A DNA stretch of 59,294 nt, counting the filler. It is 8 parts of 8 records of this genome, joined end to end, with 100 filler letters (N's around TTAATTAATTAA, not from the genome) between each part and the next. Parts side by side here need not be neighbours in the genome. Positions count along the whole stretch, not along the records: positions 40,047 to 45,392 come from SRR31147125_155219; positions 45,493 to 50,500 come from SRR31147125_155271; positions 50,601 to 59,294 come from SRR31147125_155391; 5 more parts are not named here. The stretch is one strand, 5' to 3'. The position numbers and the translations under genes were made by a program. The notes below the pieces were generated by a model. It worked only from the letters and a program-made list of their open reading frames with translations, ran no database searches and was not told the origin of the DNA. Shown piece by piece: positions 42,150 to 52,520 of this stretch. Each line of letters begins with the position of its first letter. Position 1 is the first letter of the stretch.

Positions 42150-42905
42150 ATGAGAGACTTATTTAAAAACCTGAACAACCTCGAAAACGAGGGAACAGAA
42201 CATATATCCGTCGATGAAAGACGTCACTTCCTGAAGATGGGCCTGGCTGTCACGGGCGTCTTCTGCGGTGGAACCATTATCTCGGCTGTCTCTTCTGCCA
42301 GCAAGGTTTTTGCTTCAGCAGGTGAGTACGCCAGGAAATACCCCTACAAGCCACATTACAGTATGGTGATTCATGTTGACCGCTGCGTTGACTGTGAACT
42401 CTGCATGGATGCCTGCGTTCGCACCAATAACGTTCCTGACTACGGCTACCGAACAACCATCCTGGAGCGCGAAATGCCACACGCAGTCGGCCAGAAGCGC
42501 GAATTCATCCCAGTCCTCTGCAACCAGTGCAATCTGCCGCAATGCACGCGTGTCTGCCCGACCAAAGCAACCTATAAGGATGAAAGTCATGGCATCGTCA
42601 TGATGGATACGGACAAGTGCATCGGCTGCCTGACCTGCCAGATGGGCTGTCCCTACAATGCGCGTTATTTCAGTGAAGAAATTCACGCTGTTGACAAGTG
42701 CGACTTCTGCTTCAAGAGCCGCCTCTCCAAAGGCAAAAAGCTGACAGCCTGTTCATCCGCCTGCCCTGGAGATGTCCGAATCTTTGGCGATCTTTCCGAT
42801 CCGGGCAGCAGAGTCTACCAGACTGTCCACCAATTGGAAAAAGCGGTTTGGGTTATGCGGCCTAAAGCGGGAACAAAGCCGAACATTTACTACACTAAAG
42901 GCTAA
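42150..42905 (+). CDS. NrfC/DsrO-family 4x[4Fe-4S] protein with Tat motif
   Basis: RRHFLK Tat motif; CVDCELCMDAC, CNQC..PQC..VCP, CIGCLTCQMGCP, KCDFC. Confidence 0.9.
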   Translation: MRDLFKNLNNLENEGTEHISVDERRHFLKMGLAVTGVFCGGTIISAVSSASKVFASAGEYARKYPYKPHYSMVIHVDRCVDCELCMDACVRTNNVPDYGYRTTILEREMPHAVGQKREFIPVLCNQCNLPQCTRVCPTKATYKDESHGIVMMDTDKCIGCLTCQMGCPYNARYFSEEIHAVDKCDFCFKSRLSKGKKLTACSSACPGDVRIFGDLSDPGSRVYQTVHQLEKAVWVMRPKAGTKPNIYYTKG

Positions 42906-42943
42906 TAAGTCATTTGAGCCATCAACAACGGAGGATAGAAAAA

Positions 42944-43804
42944 ATGAATCGCGCTGTTTTTCTGACATTATTAGTCTTCAGCATAGTGATCTTTGCCGGT
43001 CTCTCAGTCAGCACCGCCAATGAAACGGGCGGTGAAATCACCTTTAAATCGTCATCTTTCAGCCACGCAACCCACGTTGACGACATAGGCTTCCCCTGCG
43101 AAGCATGTCATCACGACCTCTTTGCAATGGACGCTGGAAAGATGGAGAAGAGCTTCAACTTCAGCATGCAGTCGATCTATGACGGTCAGTTCTGCGGAGC
43201 CTGCCACGACGGCGAGTCCGCCTTCGCCTCTGACGATAACTGCACAACGTGCCACAGCAACGATGGCGGCGAGGAAATAAAATATAAGACCACCATCTTC
43301 AGCCACTCGGCTCACATTGACGGCATGGGCTACTCCTGCGAAGACTGCCACGCCGGCACCTTTGAGATGAAAGCCGAAGCGATGCTGATGCAACCCGACT
43401 TCAGCATGCAGTCGATCTACGACGGTCAATACTGCGGCAGCTGCCATGACGGCGAAACCGCCTTCGCTTCAGATGAAAACTGCACCAGCTGCCACGTCAC
43501 CGCTGGCGGCGACATTCTGTACACAGAACCGGTCAAGTCGGTCATTTTCAGCCACGACGTTCATGGCGAGGCCTTTGAGTGCGAAGCCTGCCATTCCGGC
43601 CTTTTTGATATGGAAGCCCTGGCCGCTCAGAAAAATGATGACTTTGTTATGGAATCACTCTATCAGGGCCAGTATTGCGGCGCCTGCCACGATGGCGACA
43701 CCGCCTTCGCCTCTGACACAAAATGCGCCACATGCCACATCGGCGTCAAAGGGCACAAACGGCTCACCGGAGCTGCCGAAAAAGGGAAACAAAAAGGCCA
43801 CTAA
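42944..43804 (+). CDS. Periplasmic nonaheme cytochrome c made of three c7-type triheme domains
   Basis: Signal peptide and 9 CxxCH motifs in three repeats of FSHxxH-CxxCH-M-CGxCHDG-AF-CxxCH. Confidence 0.92.
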   Translation: MNRAVFLTLLVFSIVIFAGLSVSTANETGGEITFKSSSFSHATHVDDIGFPCEACHHDLFAMDAGKMEKSFNFSMQSIYDGQFCGACHDGESAFASDDNCTTCHSNDGGEEIKYKTTIFSHSAHIDGMGYSCEDCHAGTFEMKAEAMLMQPDFSMQSIYDGQYCGSCHDGETAFASDENCTSCHVTAGGDILYTEPVKSVIFSHDVHGEAFECEACHSGLFDMEALAAQKNDDFVMESLYQGQYCGACHDGDTAFASDTKCATCHIGVKGHKRLTGAAEKGKQKGH

Positions 43805-43844
43805 ATATATGTTGCCAATTCCAATATCAGGACATAGTATCTGC

Positions 43845-43856
43845 GTTGCATGCAAC
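43845..43856. promoter_or_regulatory. Perfect palindrome GTTGCATGCAAC upstream of the regulator gene
   Basis: 12-bp palindrome about 30 nt before the start; TGTTGC also at 43810. Confidence 0.45.
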
Positions 43857-43887
43857 ATAACGTTTACAGAAATGAGCTTTGGCAAAG

Positions 43888-45213
43888 ATGGACACAGACA
43901 ATAAACATGTAAAAACGATTCTTGACAGCGTTGCCGATGGTGTCTTCACGGTTGATGAAGAGATGAAGATCACCACCTACAACAAAGCTGCCGAAGCCAT
44001 TACCGGTATTCCGGCGGAAGAAGCTATCGGCAAGCAGTGTCATGAAATTTTCAAAGCAGATGTCTGCTTTACAGCATGTCCGGTCAAAGAAGCCATCGAA
44101 ACGGGGATGCCTGTCACCGACAGAGAGGTTCAGATCACGAACAACGACAATCGCATTGTCCCGATCACTATCAGCGCAAACGTGTTGCGCGACTCTGATG
44201 GCAATGCCATCGGCGGCGTCGAGACAATTCGAGACCAATCCCTGATTCACGTCCTGCAGCAGGAGATCGAGAACAAGTTCACATTTGGCGATCTCCTCAG
44301 CCGGAACAAAACCATGAATAAACTCTTCGCCATCATTCCCGACATTGCATGCAGCGAAGCAACCGTTCTGATTAAAGGTGACAGCGGAACCGGCAAGGAG
44401 CTCTTTGCCAAGGCGATCCACGAGAACAGCCACCGCAAAGAGGGCCCTCTTGTCGTTATCAACTGTGGCGCGCTTCCTGAGCCACTACTCGAAGCCGAGA
44501 TCTTCGGAGCCCGAAGAGGAGCCTATACCGGATCGGTGGAAAATCGTCCCGGCCGACTCGAAATGGCCAAAGGGGGAACGCTCTTTCTCGACGAACTGGG
44601 CGACCTCCCCCTGCCCCTCCAGGTCAAACTGTTGCGCGTCCTGGAAAACCATGAGTACCAACCACTGGGAGCCCCATCTCCAGAAAAAGCCGATGTCCGG
44701 TTTATTGCAGCAACCCACAGGAACCTGGAACAGATGGTCGAGAGAGGTGAGTTCAGAAGAGACCTCTATTTCAGAATCAACGTTGTCTCTCTGAGTATCC
44801 CACCACTCAAAGAGCGACCGGAAGACATTCCACTCCTGGTCGATAAGTTCCTTAAACGCTTCAATCACCTCTATAAAAAGAATATTCGCGGCTTCAGCCC
44901 CGATGCCATGCAGCTCCTGCTTGAACATGACTATCCAGGGAACGTTCGAGAGCTCCTGAACCTTGTTGAGCAAACTGTGATTCTGTGTCGTCAACGTGAA
45001 ATTGAAGTCGACTGCTTTCCTGAAAGCTTCCTGGCAATATCACACACAACCGGCAAGCGCAGGAAAAGACCGGGCGGCAATCCTCATCTGTCGAAAGAAA
45101 TGATTATAGACGCACTGGATAAATATAACGGTAACAAAGGAAAGGTCTCCAAAGCACTTGGCATAGACAGAACCACCCTCTGGCGCTGGATGAAACGTCT
45201 CGACCTGAACTAA
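43888..45213 (+). CDS. PAS - AAA+ - Fis-HTH sigma54-type enhancer-binding regulator
   Basis: GDSGTGKE, GAYTGS, LFLDE, YPGNVREL, LGIDRTTLWR. Confidence 0.92.
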   Translation: MDTDNKHVKTILDSVADGVFTVDEEMKITTYNKAAEAITGIPAEEAIGKQCHEIFKADVCFTACPVKEAIETGMPVTDREVQITNNDNRIVPITISANVLRDSDGNAIGGVETIRDQSLIHVLQQEIENKFTFGDLLSRNKTMNKLFAIIPDIACSEATVLIKGDSGTGKELFAKAIHENSHRKEGPLVVINCGALPEPLLEAEIFGARRGAYTGSVENRPGRLEMAKGGTLFLDELGDLPLPLQVKLLRVLENHEYQPLGAPSPEKADVRFIAATHRNLEQMVERGEFRRDLYFRINVVSLSIPPLKERPEDIPLLVDKFLKRFNHLYKKNIRGFSPDAMQLLLEHDYPGNVRELLNLVEQTVILCRQREIEVDCFPESFLAISHTTGKRRKRPGGNPHLSKEMIIDALDKYNGNKGKVSKALGIDRTTLWRWMKRLDLN

Positions 45214-45242
45214 CCATACAGCTTCCATCGACTGTCACAGTG

Positions 45243-45270
45243 AGCCTCCGATTCCCTCGGAGGCTTTTTA
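45243..45270 (+). terminator. Rho-independent terminator
   Basis: AGCCTCCGA / TCGGAGGCT stem followed by a T-run. Confidence 0.8.
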
Positions 45271-45492
45271 ATACGTCCCACAAAAACCTTACTCACAAAA
45301 CTGGTCCAGACAAACACGCCCGGCCTACCTAAACTGGATAGCCGAGACAAGTCCGGCAGAGCTGTCCACCCACAAAAAGACCTAGTTCAAAANNNNNNNN
45401 NNNNNNNNNNNNNNNNNNNNNNNNNNNNNNNNNNNNTTAATTAATTAANNNNNNNNNNNNNNNNNNNNNNNNNNNNNNNNNNNNNNNNNNNN

Positions 45493-46418
45493 ATCGTACC
45501 CCCGCCAGGACGGTTCCCCTGGCGGAGGCTGGCATAAAGATTGCCTCCTCACCTACCGAGGCTGTGACCGTCTCCGACGTAGTCATATGCCTCATGTCCA
45601 CGTACGCGGTAACACGAGAAGTATTAGACGAGCCTAGTGTTACAGCGGCCCTGAACGGCAAGACACTCATTGTGCTAAGCAATGGAACATCCCGTCAGGT
45701 GGGGGGACGGGTTGTAATGTGCGCATGTCTCATGCCCCTTCTTCTTTCAGGTTCATGGCATGGCGAACTGGCTACAGGACAAGAACGTGGCCTATCTTGA
45801 TGGAGTACGTGTGGCGAATCGTCCCAGCGGTGTGTAATGCCGTTTCAGAACATTGGAGGAATGGCAGGCGACATTGGTCTCCCCGAGACCCATGTGACCT
45901 GTGCCGGAGATCAGCAGGCATGGGACCGCTACCAACATGTTGTGAAGGCGTTGGGAGGTGCCTCGGAGTGGGTGAGCCCCAATCACGCTTCCCCGACCGC
46001 AACAAACGTGGGGATTGTCTCAATCATCAACGGTCTCGCTGCTCTCTTCATGGATGCTCTTGTCGTTGCTACGAACGAGCATGTGCCTGCTGAGCAGTTT
46101 GCGATCATCATTAAGGAACATATTCTGCCTTGGATCGGTTCGATGCTGCCCGTCTGGGCTGCACGAGTGCAGCAGAAACAATTCGATCCCGTAGGACCGA
46201 GTGATCCGCCCTTGACCCCCGGATGGTTGGTGGAGTTGGAGAACGTCGTACAAGAGCACAACGACAATGGATGGGATCCCCTTCTTAGTGATGCGCTGTT
46301 TACTCTCTTCAAACGTGCTGGCGAGACAGGCCATGGAGACGAGAGTATTATAGGTCTTTTCAATGTCATCGAGCGTGCAGAGAAGAAGAAGAGGAAGAAG
46401 GAGAAGGACGAGGAATAG
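45493..46418 (+). CDS. Eukaryotic spliced gene: imine-reductase-like / beta-hydroxyacid dehydrogenase-fold NAD(P)H oxidoreductase (5' truncated; introns 45699-45750, 45805-45848)
   Basis: (N)RT..., SDVVICL, GKTLIVLSNGT, AYLDG. Removing the two GT-AG introns gives one continuous frame. Confidence 0.75.
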
Positions 46419-46489
46419 ATCAGCCCCGAACCATCTGTGTAGCAGCACGGACAATCGAGAGTGTTTCTGTATGTTGTGTGAGGGAGTGA

Positions 46490-47720
46490 GAAAGTAAGTT
46501 CTCTTTCTCCTTGCGTTGCGTTTCCTACCGCGCATGGTGTCGACGGCGAATTCATCTTGCCCAAGTTGGTGATCGAGTTCGGGCGTCTCTTGTGTGATGT
46601 GAGCAATCCTCTGACGAAGCGTATGGAGATCACCAAGGAACTGAGAGTGTGCGATCAGATCAACCAAACCAAATCCCACCCCCATCACCCACCTGGCCCA
46701 CACGATCGTAGGAGCGTAACACGCAAGCCGATCTCTGTCCCACATGGGTTCTGCAATGAATCGTCAGTTCAAGGAGAGGGAGAAATCGACGACGGACGTA
46801 CGGAGGGGGATCGGGACACGCGTGAACCCATGTCTGAAGCTGGATTTTCAACAATGAGCAGCAACGATCAAGGAGGAATCTGACGCGTACTTCATTCTTG
46901 TAACCCGTGGAGAACTCGTCGAGACATGTAACAAGGCGTGCAATCGCCCCGGAGTGGTCAACATGTCGTCGATCAGAGACACAAAGGGATTCGAATCCCC
47001 TGGCTTGCTGCTTCAGTTCTGCAGCAACAGCTTCCATCGCTCCCAATCGTTCCTTCAATGATCCTCTACAGTGGGTGCGTGAGAATAGGGAGGAATATCT
47101 CTCTCCTCCTCTCCTATGCAACCAACTTTACGGATCTTCTGCCAATCATGTGAGACGGGAAGAGCTGGCATTCATCAGTAAAGGTACGATGGGTATTCTC
47201 CAGGGAGATGTGTGTCAAGAGGGTATGCGAGGCTTCAAGAGGAAGGCTGTGTCGTGGAGTGACTTAGACCGCTCGATCCTGGGACACGTACGTGCTGTCG
47301 TGTTTCATTTCCACCAGATCGACAAGATTGTTGAGAAGGTTCAGAGATGCGTCTCGAGAACCACTTCCCTGTGAGGTAGCGCTGAATTATGAGGATGATC
47401 TGTGCTCTTCTACACACCTCTACACATGCCGTGTCGGTTGAAGAACACAAGAGAAGAAGAGAACAGGCGTGGGTGAGATGAGACAACCGAGCATGGCTCG
47501 TCGTCGCAGCACGGTCGTCCAACAATGCCGCGTCATACCTGTTTCATGGTTTACCACCAGCTGTTCTCGCAGTGCGTCCGACGCACCGATGCACCAAGAA
47601 CTCCAACAACTCCAAGCGGGAAGATCCTGCTCGTAAGGCCGCTTCCTCATGTTGAAGGTGTTCTGGACATCCCAGAGCTGCAAGGCGCTCAACAACACGT
47701 TTCCACCGTGTCGCCGCCAT
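46490..47720 (-). CDS. Eukaryotic multi-exon gene: augmin subunit HAUS7/AUG7-like (3' end approximate; introns include 47539-47586 and 47369-47417)
   Basis: Exons give ERLAALGCP...RLELLEFL, LNNLVDLVE, FTDECQLFP, FSTGYKNE/LQTW and FLGDLHTLR, collinear with recalled plant AUG7 motifs. Confidence 0.6.
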
Positions 47721-47765
47721 CAGACACGTTTGAAATTTTGAAATTTTGAAAAATTTAAAAATGTG

Positions 47766-49846
47766 TCATGCCCGAGCGATCCATTCCCAATCAAGAGAAC
47801 GATGAGGTGGAACCACACCATAACGGGCGTACATCATCTCAAACACCAAACGACTCCAATTAGAGGAAAAAGTTCCCACGAAATAATCACAATCCACAGA
47901 GATGAAGAGATTAACCAAGGCGATCATCGCCTCCTCACGCCCATTCAGAATACCATCCGCGATCCCTGTCTGAATGTCCATGTTTCGTCGAGGATTCTGT
48001 GTCATGAGAAATGTTAGGTCGGGATAGTCGCGTGTTTGTGTGATGACATCCTGGGTGAGGAGTGAGTGTGTGTGTGTGAAGTTCCGTTCTCAACCTACTT
48101 CATCCTCTGTGGAGAGGAAGACGGTGCTTACGCCGTAGAGATCACGTAGAATTCTTGCCTCGTGGACATATGATTCGAATGGCTGCAAGGCAGCTTCTCG
48201 CCACTTGTCCCCGTGACGAACATGCATGGCAATCACAGGATGTCGGAATCCAATCTGCCGTTTTGCTTTTTCCACGGCATCCACAACAAAACGGTGTGGC
48301 CGAAGAAGAAAGTTAAGAAGTTGAGAGCGCCACCAGAGGGTTCCTCGATGCCGATACGGCTCGGGAACAAAGTAATTGACAAAATCCAAACGCTCCTTTC
48401 CCAGAACATGTTCCGTGTACCGGTTGAGATCATACACACGCTCATTGAAGAATACATGAGGAGAAAAGGAGTTCCGAAAGGACCACTCCTCTGCGGATGC
48501 ATTGGCAATGGATTTGCGGTCGCACCAAGAGACAGGAAGAAAGTAACAGCCCCAATCCTGTAGGGGACAGTCAACGGGATCGGTGTAGTGCCAATTGTTG
48601 AAGACGGGCACAAGTATACGACCGCTTTCATACGCAAAGGTTAGAGCAAAGGACAGAAAGTGAAAAGTACTCCCCAAGCCGGTGCCTGTCAAATGGAAAT
48701 CGAATCGGCGTTCTCCATCTCCCCCAAACTGAAGCAGGCACAATTCTTCACGCAAAACCAAAGCATCCGGATCGTCTAGCTTACTACGAGCCGGATCGAG
48801 TGGATAGGGGTCATGCAGGCATTCCTCAGGGACGCCGGACTTCTTCCTCGGATTTGCTTCCACTCTGTCCAGCATATTGTCCGCCCGGTCACGCACAGCA
48901 ATTTCCACAAGGATATCCTATGCATGTTGTGAGTGGGACACATTTAACCCGAATGCAACGGTACCGAGCACGAGTGCCTTCTCAGAGCAGCCGATGCTTC
49001 CCCCTCCCTGTAGAGACTCCACAGTCCCGTGTGATGGGCATTCATGACAGCTTGGCGCACCTGGGGAACACCCCGCCACCTCCCACCTCCCATGATCCAA
49101 ACAAGGCCTCCACACATAACAGAATCCTCTAGTTGCAAGAACATACTCTCGAATGTCTGCTCACAATCAACCAGAAACAAGGCTATGGGAGAGGATGTGA
49201 GGTTCTGTGGTGCAAGAATCGTTCGTTGTAGATGTCTGGGATACAGATCGAGCATAGCGGCAGCGATGACAGAGCCACGCCCCGTTGCTGCAATAGCCAT
49301 CTCCACGGGTGTTTCCACCAGGGTTCGATGGATCACGTCAATCAGCAGGAGAGTATCTCCTAACGGCATTGTCTGGGCCTTTCTGAGAAGCCAATGAAGA
49401 GTTCGAGAGACAGAAGCAACGTCTGGAGCATGAAGCGTGGGAGCAACGAGCAGATTCGTGAAACGCAGCTGAAAGAGAGGATCTGTAGCTTGCGACAGTT
49501 CGGGACGTCCGGATCCTCGCCACGGCACAGTAAACTCCTCATGGAATGGCATCTCTCGTTTTGCATCATTGACGGGAACAGACCAGCGCTTCAGGACCTG
49601 GGGAACCCCATGCACACGCAAGATGGCCTCTAGAATCAGCTGCTCTGTGCATAACCAGGTGAATGGCACTCCTTCCTCTGGATAGGGCCGCGGCGTACCC
49701 CCATCATCCCCGGCCCCGTCCCCTTCGATCACCCCCACTACAAGGTGTTCTTGGAGGGTATGCGCCTGAAGATCCCGTACCCATAGTGTGGATGTGCACA
49801 GACCCACTAGATGGAGCCCAAAGAGAGCAAGAAGTCTCACGCCCAT
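47766..49846 (-). CDS. Eukaryotic spliced gene: signal peptide + TylF-like segment + GT23 (FUT8/NodZ-type) fucosyltransferase; introns 48918-48964 and 48051-48098
   Basis: MHVRHGDK, FLSTED and YFVGTFSSNWSR motifs. Both introns are GT-AG, phase 0, and restore a single ~661-aa frame. Confidence 0.75.
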
Positions 49847-49879
49847 TGGAGGGGAAGGGAGAATGGAGGGAGGAAGGAA

Positions 49880-50456
49880 TCATTTTGTCCCATACAAGGC
49901 AGGATGGGTGAGAGGCCCCACCAGCACAGCAAAACCAATGATTCCGAGGAGTTGCACAACAAGCAATGCTGGATTCTGGTAAAAATGCGAAGAGTCTCCA
50001 ACGCTGCACGTACGCACTTCGATCTCGGAGAATTCGTCCAAAGTCCGGAAGTCCTAGGGCGTTGCAAAACGAGTGGACAAGAATGATACTCACGAGATGT
50101 CCTACACGATCCATTCACGCACGCATCCACACCCTGATCAATCAAGCACCTGTACGATACAAAAGGAATCCTTCATACACCCCAAACAGGGTTGTGTAGG
50201 CCAACTGCTGCAAAACGAGGAGGATTCCACGGGACATGGGAAGACCTGCCTTCTTCACATGTTCCCAGAGGTGATGGAAGTGTGCTGTACACACGATCAA
50301 GGGATCAACGGAGGAATGTCATCCAAGACAACACAGTTCCCCACCCAGGCCGAAAAAGAGGGGACACGAGAGAATGGCAACAAGAGGTTGCACTCCTGCT
50401 CCCAGGAGCAGTGGAAGCATACACGCACGAAAGACAATTTCTTCGGTGATGGGGCC
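49880..50456 (-). CDS. RCE1: Eukaryotic spliced gene: CAAX prenyl protease 2 (5' truncated)
   Basis: Exons give [38 protein letters not shown] and [10 protein letters not shown]. Confidence 0.82.
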
Positions 50457-50473
50457 CTTTGGGAAGTTCGTTG

Positions 50474-50500
50474 ATCATCATCATCATCATCATCATCATC
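50474..50500. repeat. (ATC)n microsatellite at the contig end
   Basis: Nine tandem ATC units, probably intronic. Confidence 0.85.
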
Positions 50501-50726
50501 NNNNNNNNNNNNNNNNNNNNNNNNNNNNNNNNNNNNNNNNNNNNTTAATTAATTAANNNNNNNNNNNNNNNNNNNNNNNNNNNNNNNNNNNNNNNNNNNN
50601 CCTGGTTCATTTTACACCCCGGGAGGATTCACTGGGCGATCAGATATTATATTCACCGAACAAAATGTAGTAATCCATAATTTACTTTAGATAATTGTAA
50701 AATTGACCGACGAGGCAGAACAGACC

Positions 50727-51635
50727 ATGCAAAAACAAAAAATTATTCTTTTTATCCTTAGTTTATTAACAATAATATCGTGTGATTTTTTTTCAAAAAA
50801 TGGTAAAAAAGGAAAAAGTTCGGACCATGTGCAGGTGTACTGGCAGGCACATCGCGGTGGTGGCGGGCACGAGATGCCAGACAACACCATGGCTTCTTTT
50901 CAATATGGATGGAAACTGGGCGGTATTCCTGAGGCAGATCTTCGTACCACCAAAGATAGCATAATCGTCTGCCTTCATGATCCCACACCAGCCAGAACGA
51001 CAACCGCACCGTCTTCTGTCTGTGATCGGGATATCAGAACCTTTCAATTCGCAGAAACCCGCAAGTGGGATGCAGGTGTTAAATTTAGTGAAAATTTCAG
51101 AGGTCAGGTCATTCCCACGCTGAGAGAAGTTTTCGCCGAGATGAAAGGAAAACCCGACAGATACATTTACCTTGATCTCAAGCATGTTGATTTGGAAAGA
51201 TTGGGACAGATGATTGATGAATATGATATAGGAAAACAAATCATTATTGCCAGTCCAAAACAGCACGAATGCATGGAATTAAAAAAGATAGCCAGACATG
51301 TTCATACCATGCTCTGGATAGGTGGTTCTGCTGAGGCTATAAAAGAAATTTTTGCAGCTGCTGCCTCTGATTTTGATGGCCTGGATCAGGTACAACTGCA
51401 TTTAAACGATAAAAAAGAGAGCGCAAATTGGCGTTATGAACTGGAACCCGATTTTTTAAAAGAAGCACTAAATATAACACATGAGGCCAGGATTGATCTG
51501 GAGGTGTTTCCATGGAAATTCGATCAGGAAAACCTGCATGATCTCCTGAATATAGGTATCCGCTGGTACGCCACAGACGAACCACAGCGATTCTCACAGA
51601 CTGTGGCGATATGGCTGAAAAGTAAAAATAAATAA
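50727..51635 (+). CDS. Glycerophosphodiester phosphodiesterase family lipoprotein
   Basis: IISC lipobox; AHRGG, PDNT, EADLRTTKD..VCLHD, IPTLREV, YLDLK. Confidence 0.87.
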   Translation: MQKQKIILFILSLLTIISCDFFSKNGKKGKSSDHVQVYWQAHRGGGGHEMPDNTMASFQYGWKLGGIPEADLRTTKDSIIVCLHDPTPARTTTAPSSVCDRDIRTFQFAETRKWDAGVKFSENFRGQVIPTLREVFAEMKGKPDRYIYLDLKHVDLERLGQMIDEYDIGKQIIIASPKQHECMELKKIARHVHTMLWIGGSAEAIKEIFAAAASDFDGLDQVQLHLNDKKESANWRYELEPDFLKEALNITHEARIDLEVFPWKFDQENLHDLLNIGIRWYATDEPQRFSQTVAIWLKSKNK

Positions 51636-51723
51636 AGAATGCTGTTTTATTTAAAACTACTTATGTAATATACTCTGTATATAAATAGTATATCAAAGGT
51701 ATCTTAAAATAAAGGGATTAAAC

Positions 51724-52074
51724 GTGCTAAAAAGTGTGATGTGGGATGTATTCGTAACCGTAGCGATAATTATCGCGGTATTGTTTGATATCAGTTTATT
51801 GCGTGTTATACTTTTTGTTTACACGCCTCTAATCATTTTCGCTAAAATAGTGGCTCTCAGGAGTAAAATCATTCAGCATCGGGTAAAACAATCTGTACCA
51901 ACATGGTTCTTTCATGTTTTATATGCCCTGAATGTTTTGTTTTTGGGAATTCAGCAATGGTGGATTCTTGCAGGTATGTGGCTAATCGTATGGGTGCTTT
52001 CGACATATTATTATTTTAAGGTGACACCCAAACAGGTACAGCCTGCTGCCAGGGAAAAGAAAAATCGGAAATAA
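51724..52074 (+). CDS. Small hypothetical membrane protein
   Basis: 116 aa with 3-4 hydrophobic segments and a basic tail. Confidence 0.65.
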   Translation: MLKSVMWDVFVTVAIIIAVLFDISLLRVILFVYTPLIIFAKIVALRSKIIQHRVKQSVPTWFFHVLYALNVLFLGIQQWWILAGMWLIVWVLSTYYYFKVTPKQVQPAAREKKNRK

Positions 52075-52435
52075 TTTTTTCTGTTATCTGCAAACGTTTA
52101 TTCTTGGAGAAAATGTGCAGGGAACCTCTGCCTTTTTACTATTAGACATGACTTTGGCTCATTTATAACCAAATAATAAATGATATATAACAGAGGAGCT
52201 TAGATCAGGTGCCAGAACGTTCTTTTCAATCATTTTTATGACAACATACATTTTCGAGATTTATCCCGCTATTAGATCTGATAAAATCTAACCCTCCTGT
52301 GAGATTATATTTCCTGCCGGTACCATCGGATATGCTCTCCAGTCCTGTTTGACGCCAGCCAAACTAAAAAAAAACAGTTTAAAATAATGCTCTATTTTAA
52401 AAAATATTGATTGTTAAGATATTTTTGCTATATTA

Positions 52436-52500
52436 TGTCATATGTTGTCATGTTATGTCGTATTAATGGCAAATATGTCACATATAAAACAAAGATGTCA
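52436..52500 (+). promoter_or_regulatory. 10-bp-phased TGTCA direct-repeat array (putative operator)
   Basis: TGTCA at 52436, 52446, 52476 and 52496, TGTCG at 52456, TGGCA at 52467; ends just before the AAGGAGG RBS. Confidence 0.65.
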
Positions 52501-52520
52501 ATAATAAAGGAGGGTCGTTT

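Noticed and set aside
40884-42905. DsrMKJOP or polysulfide reductase operon
   Set aside because: No dsrM/K/J or molybdopterin subunit; only the NrfD/NrfC-family pair plus a c7-type cytochrome.
43040-43740. Near-identical DNA repeats suggestive of a CRISPR or mobile repeat
   Set aside because: They are the coding repeats of the three triheme domains. I saw no CRISPR array, cas, transposase, tRNA or rRNA in the window.
50374-50500. Poly-His / poly-Met ORFs
   Set aside because: Translations of an (ATC)n microsatellite at a contig end.
7810-50600. Seven regularly recurring TTAATTAATTAA palindromes in N-runs, resembling a repeat family or array
   Set aside because: Synthetic all-frame-stop linkers joining contigs. 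Gene neighbourhoods across them and ORFs ending in X...LIN are artefacts.
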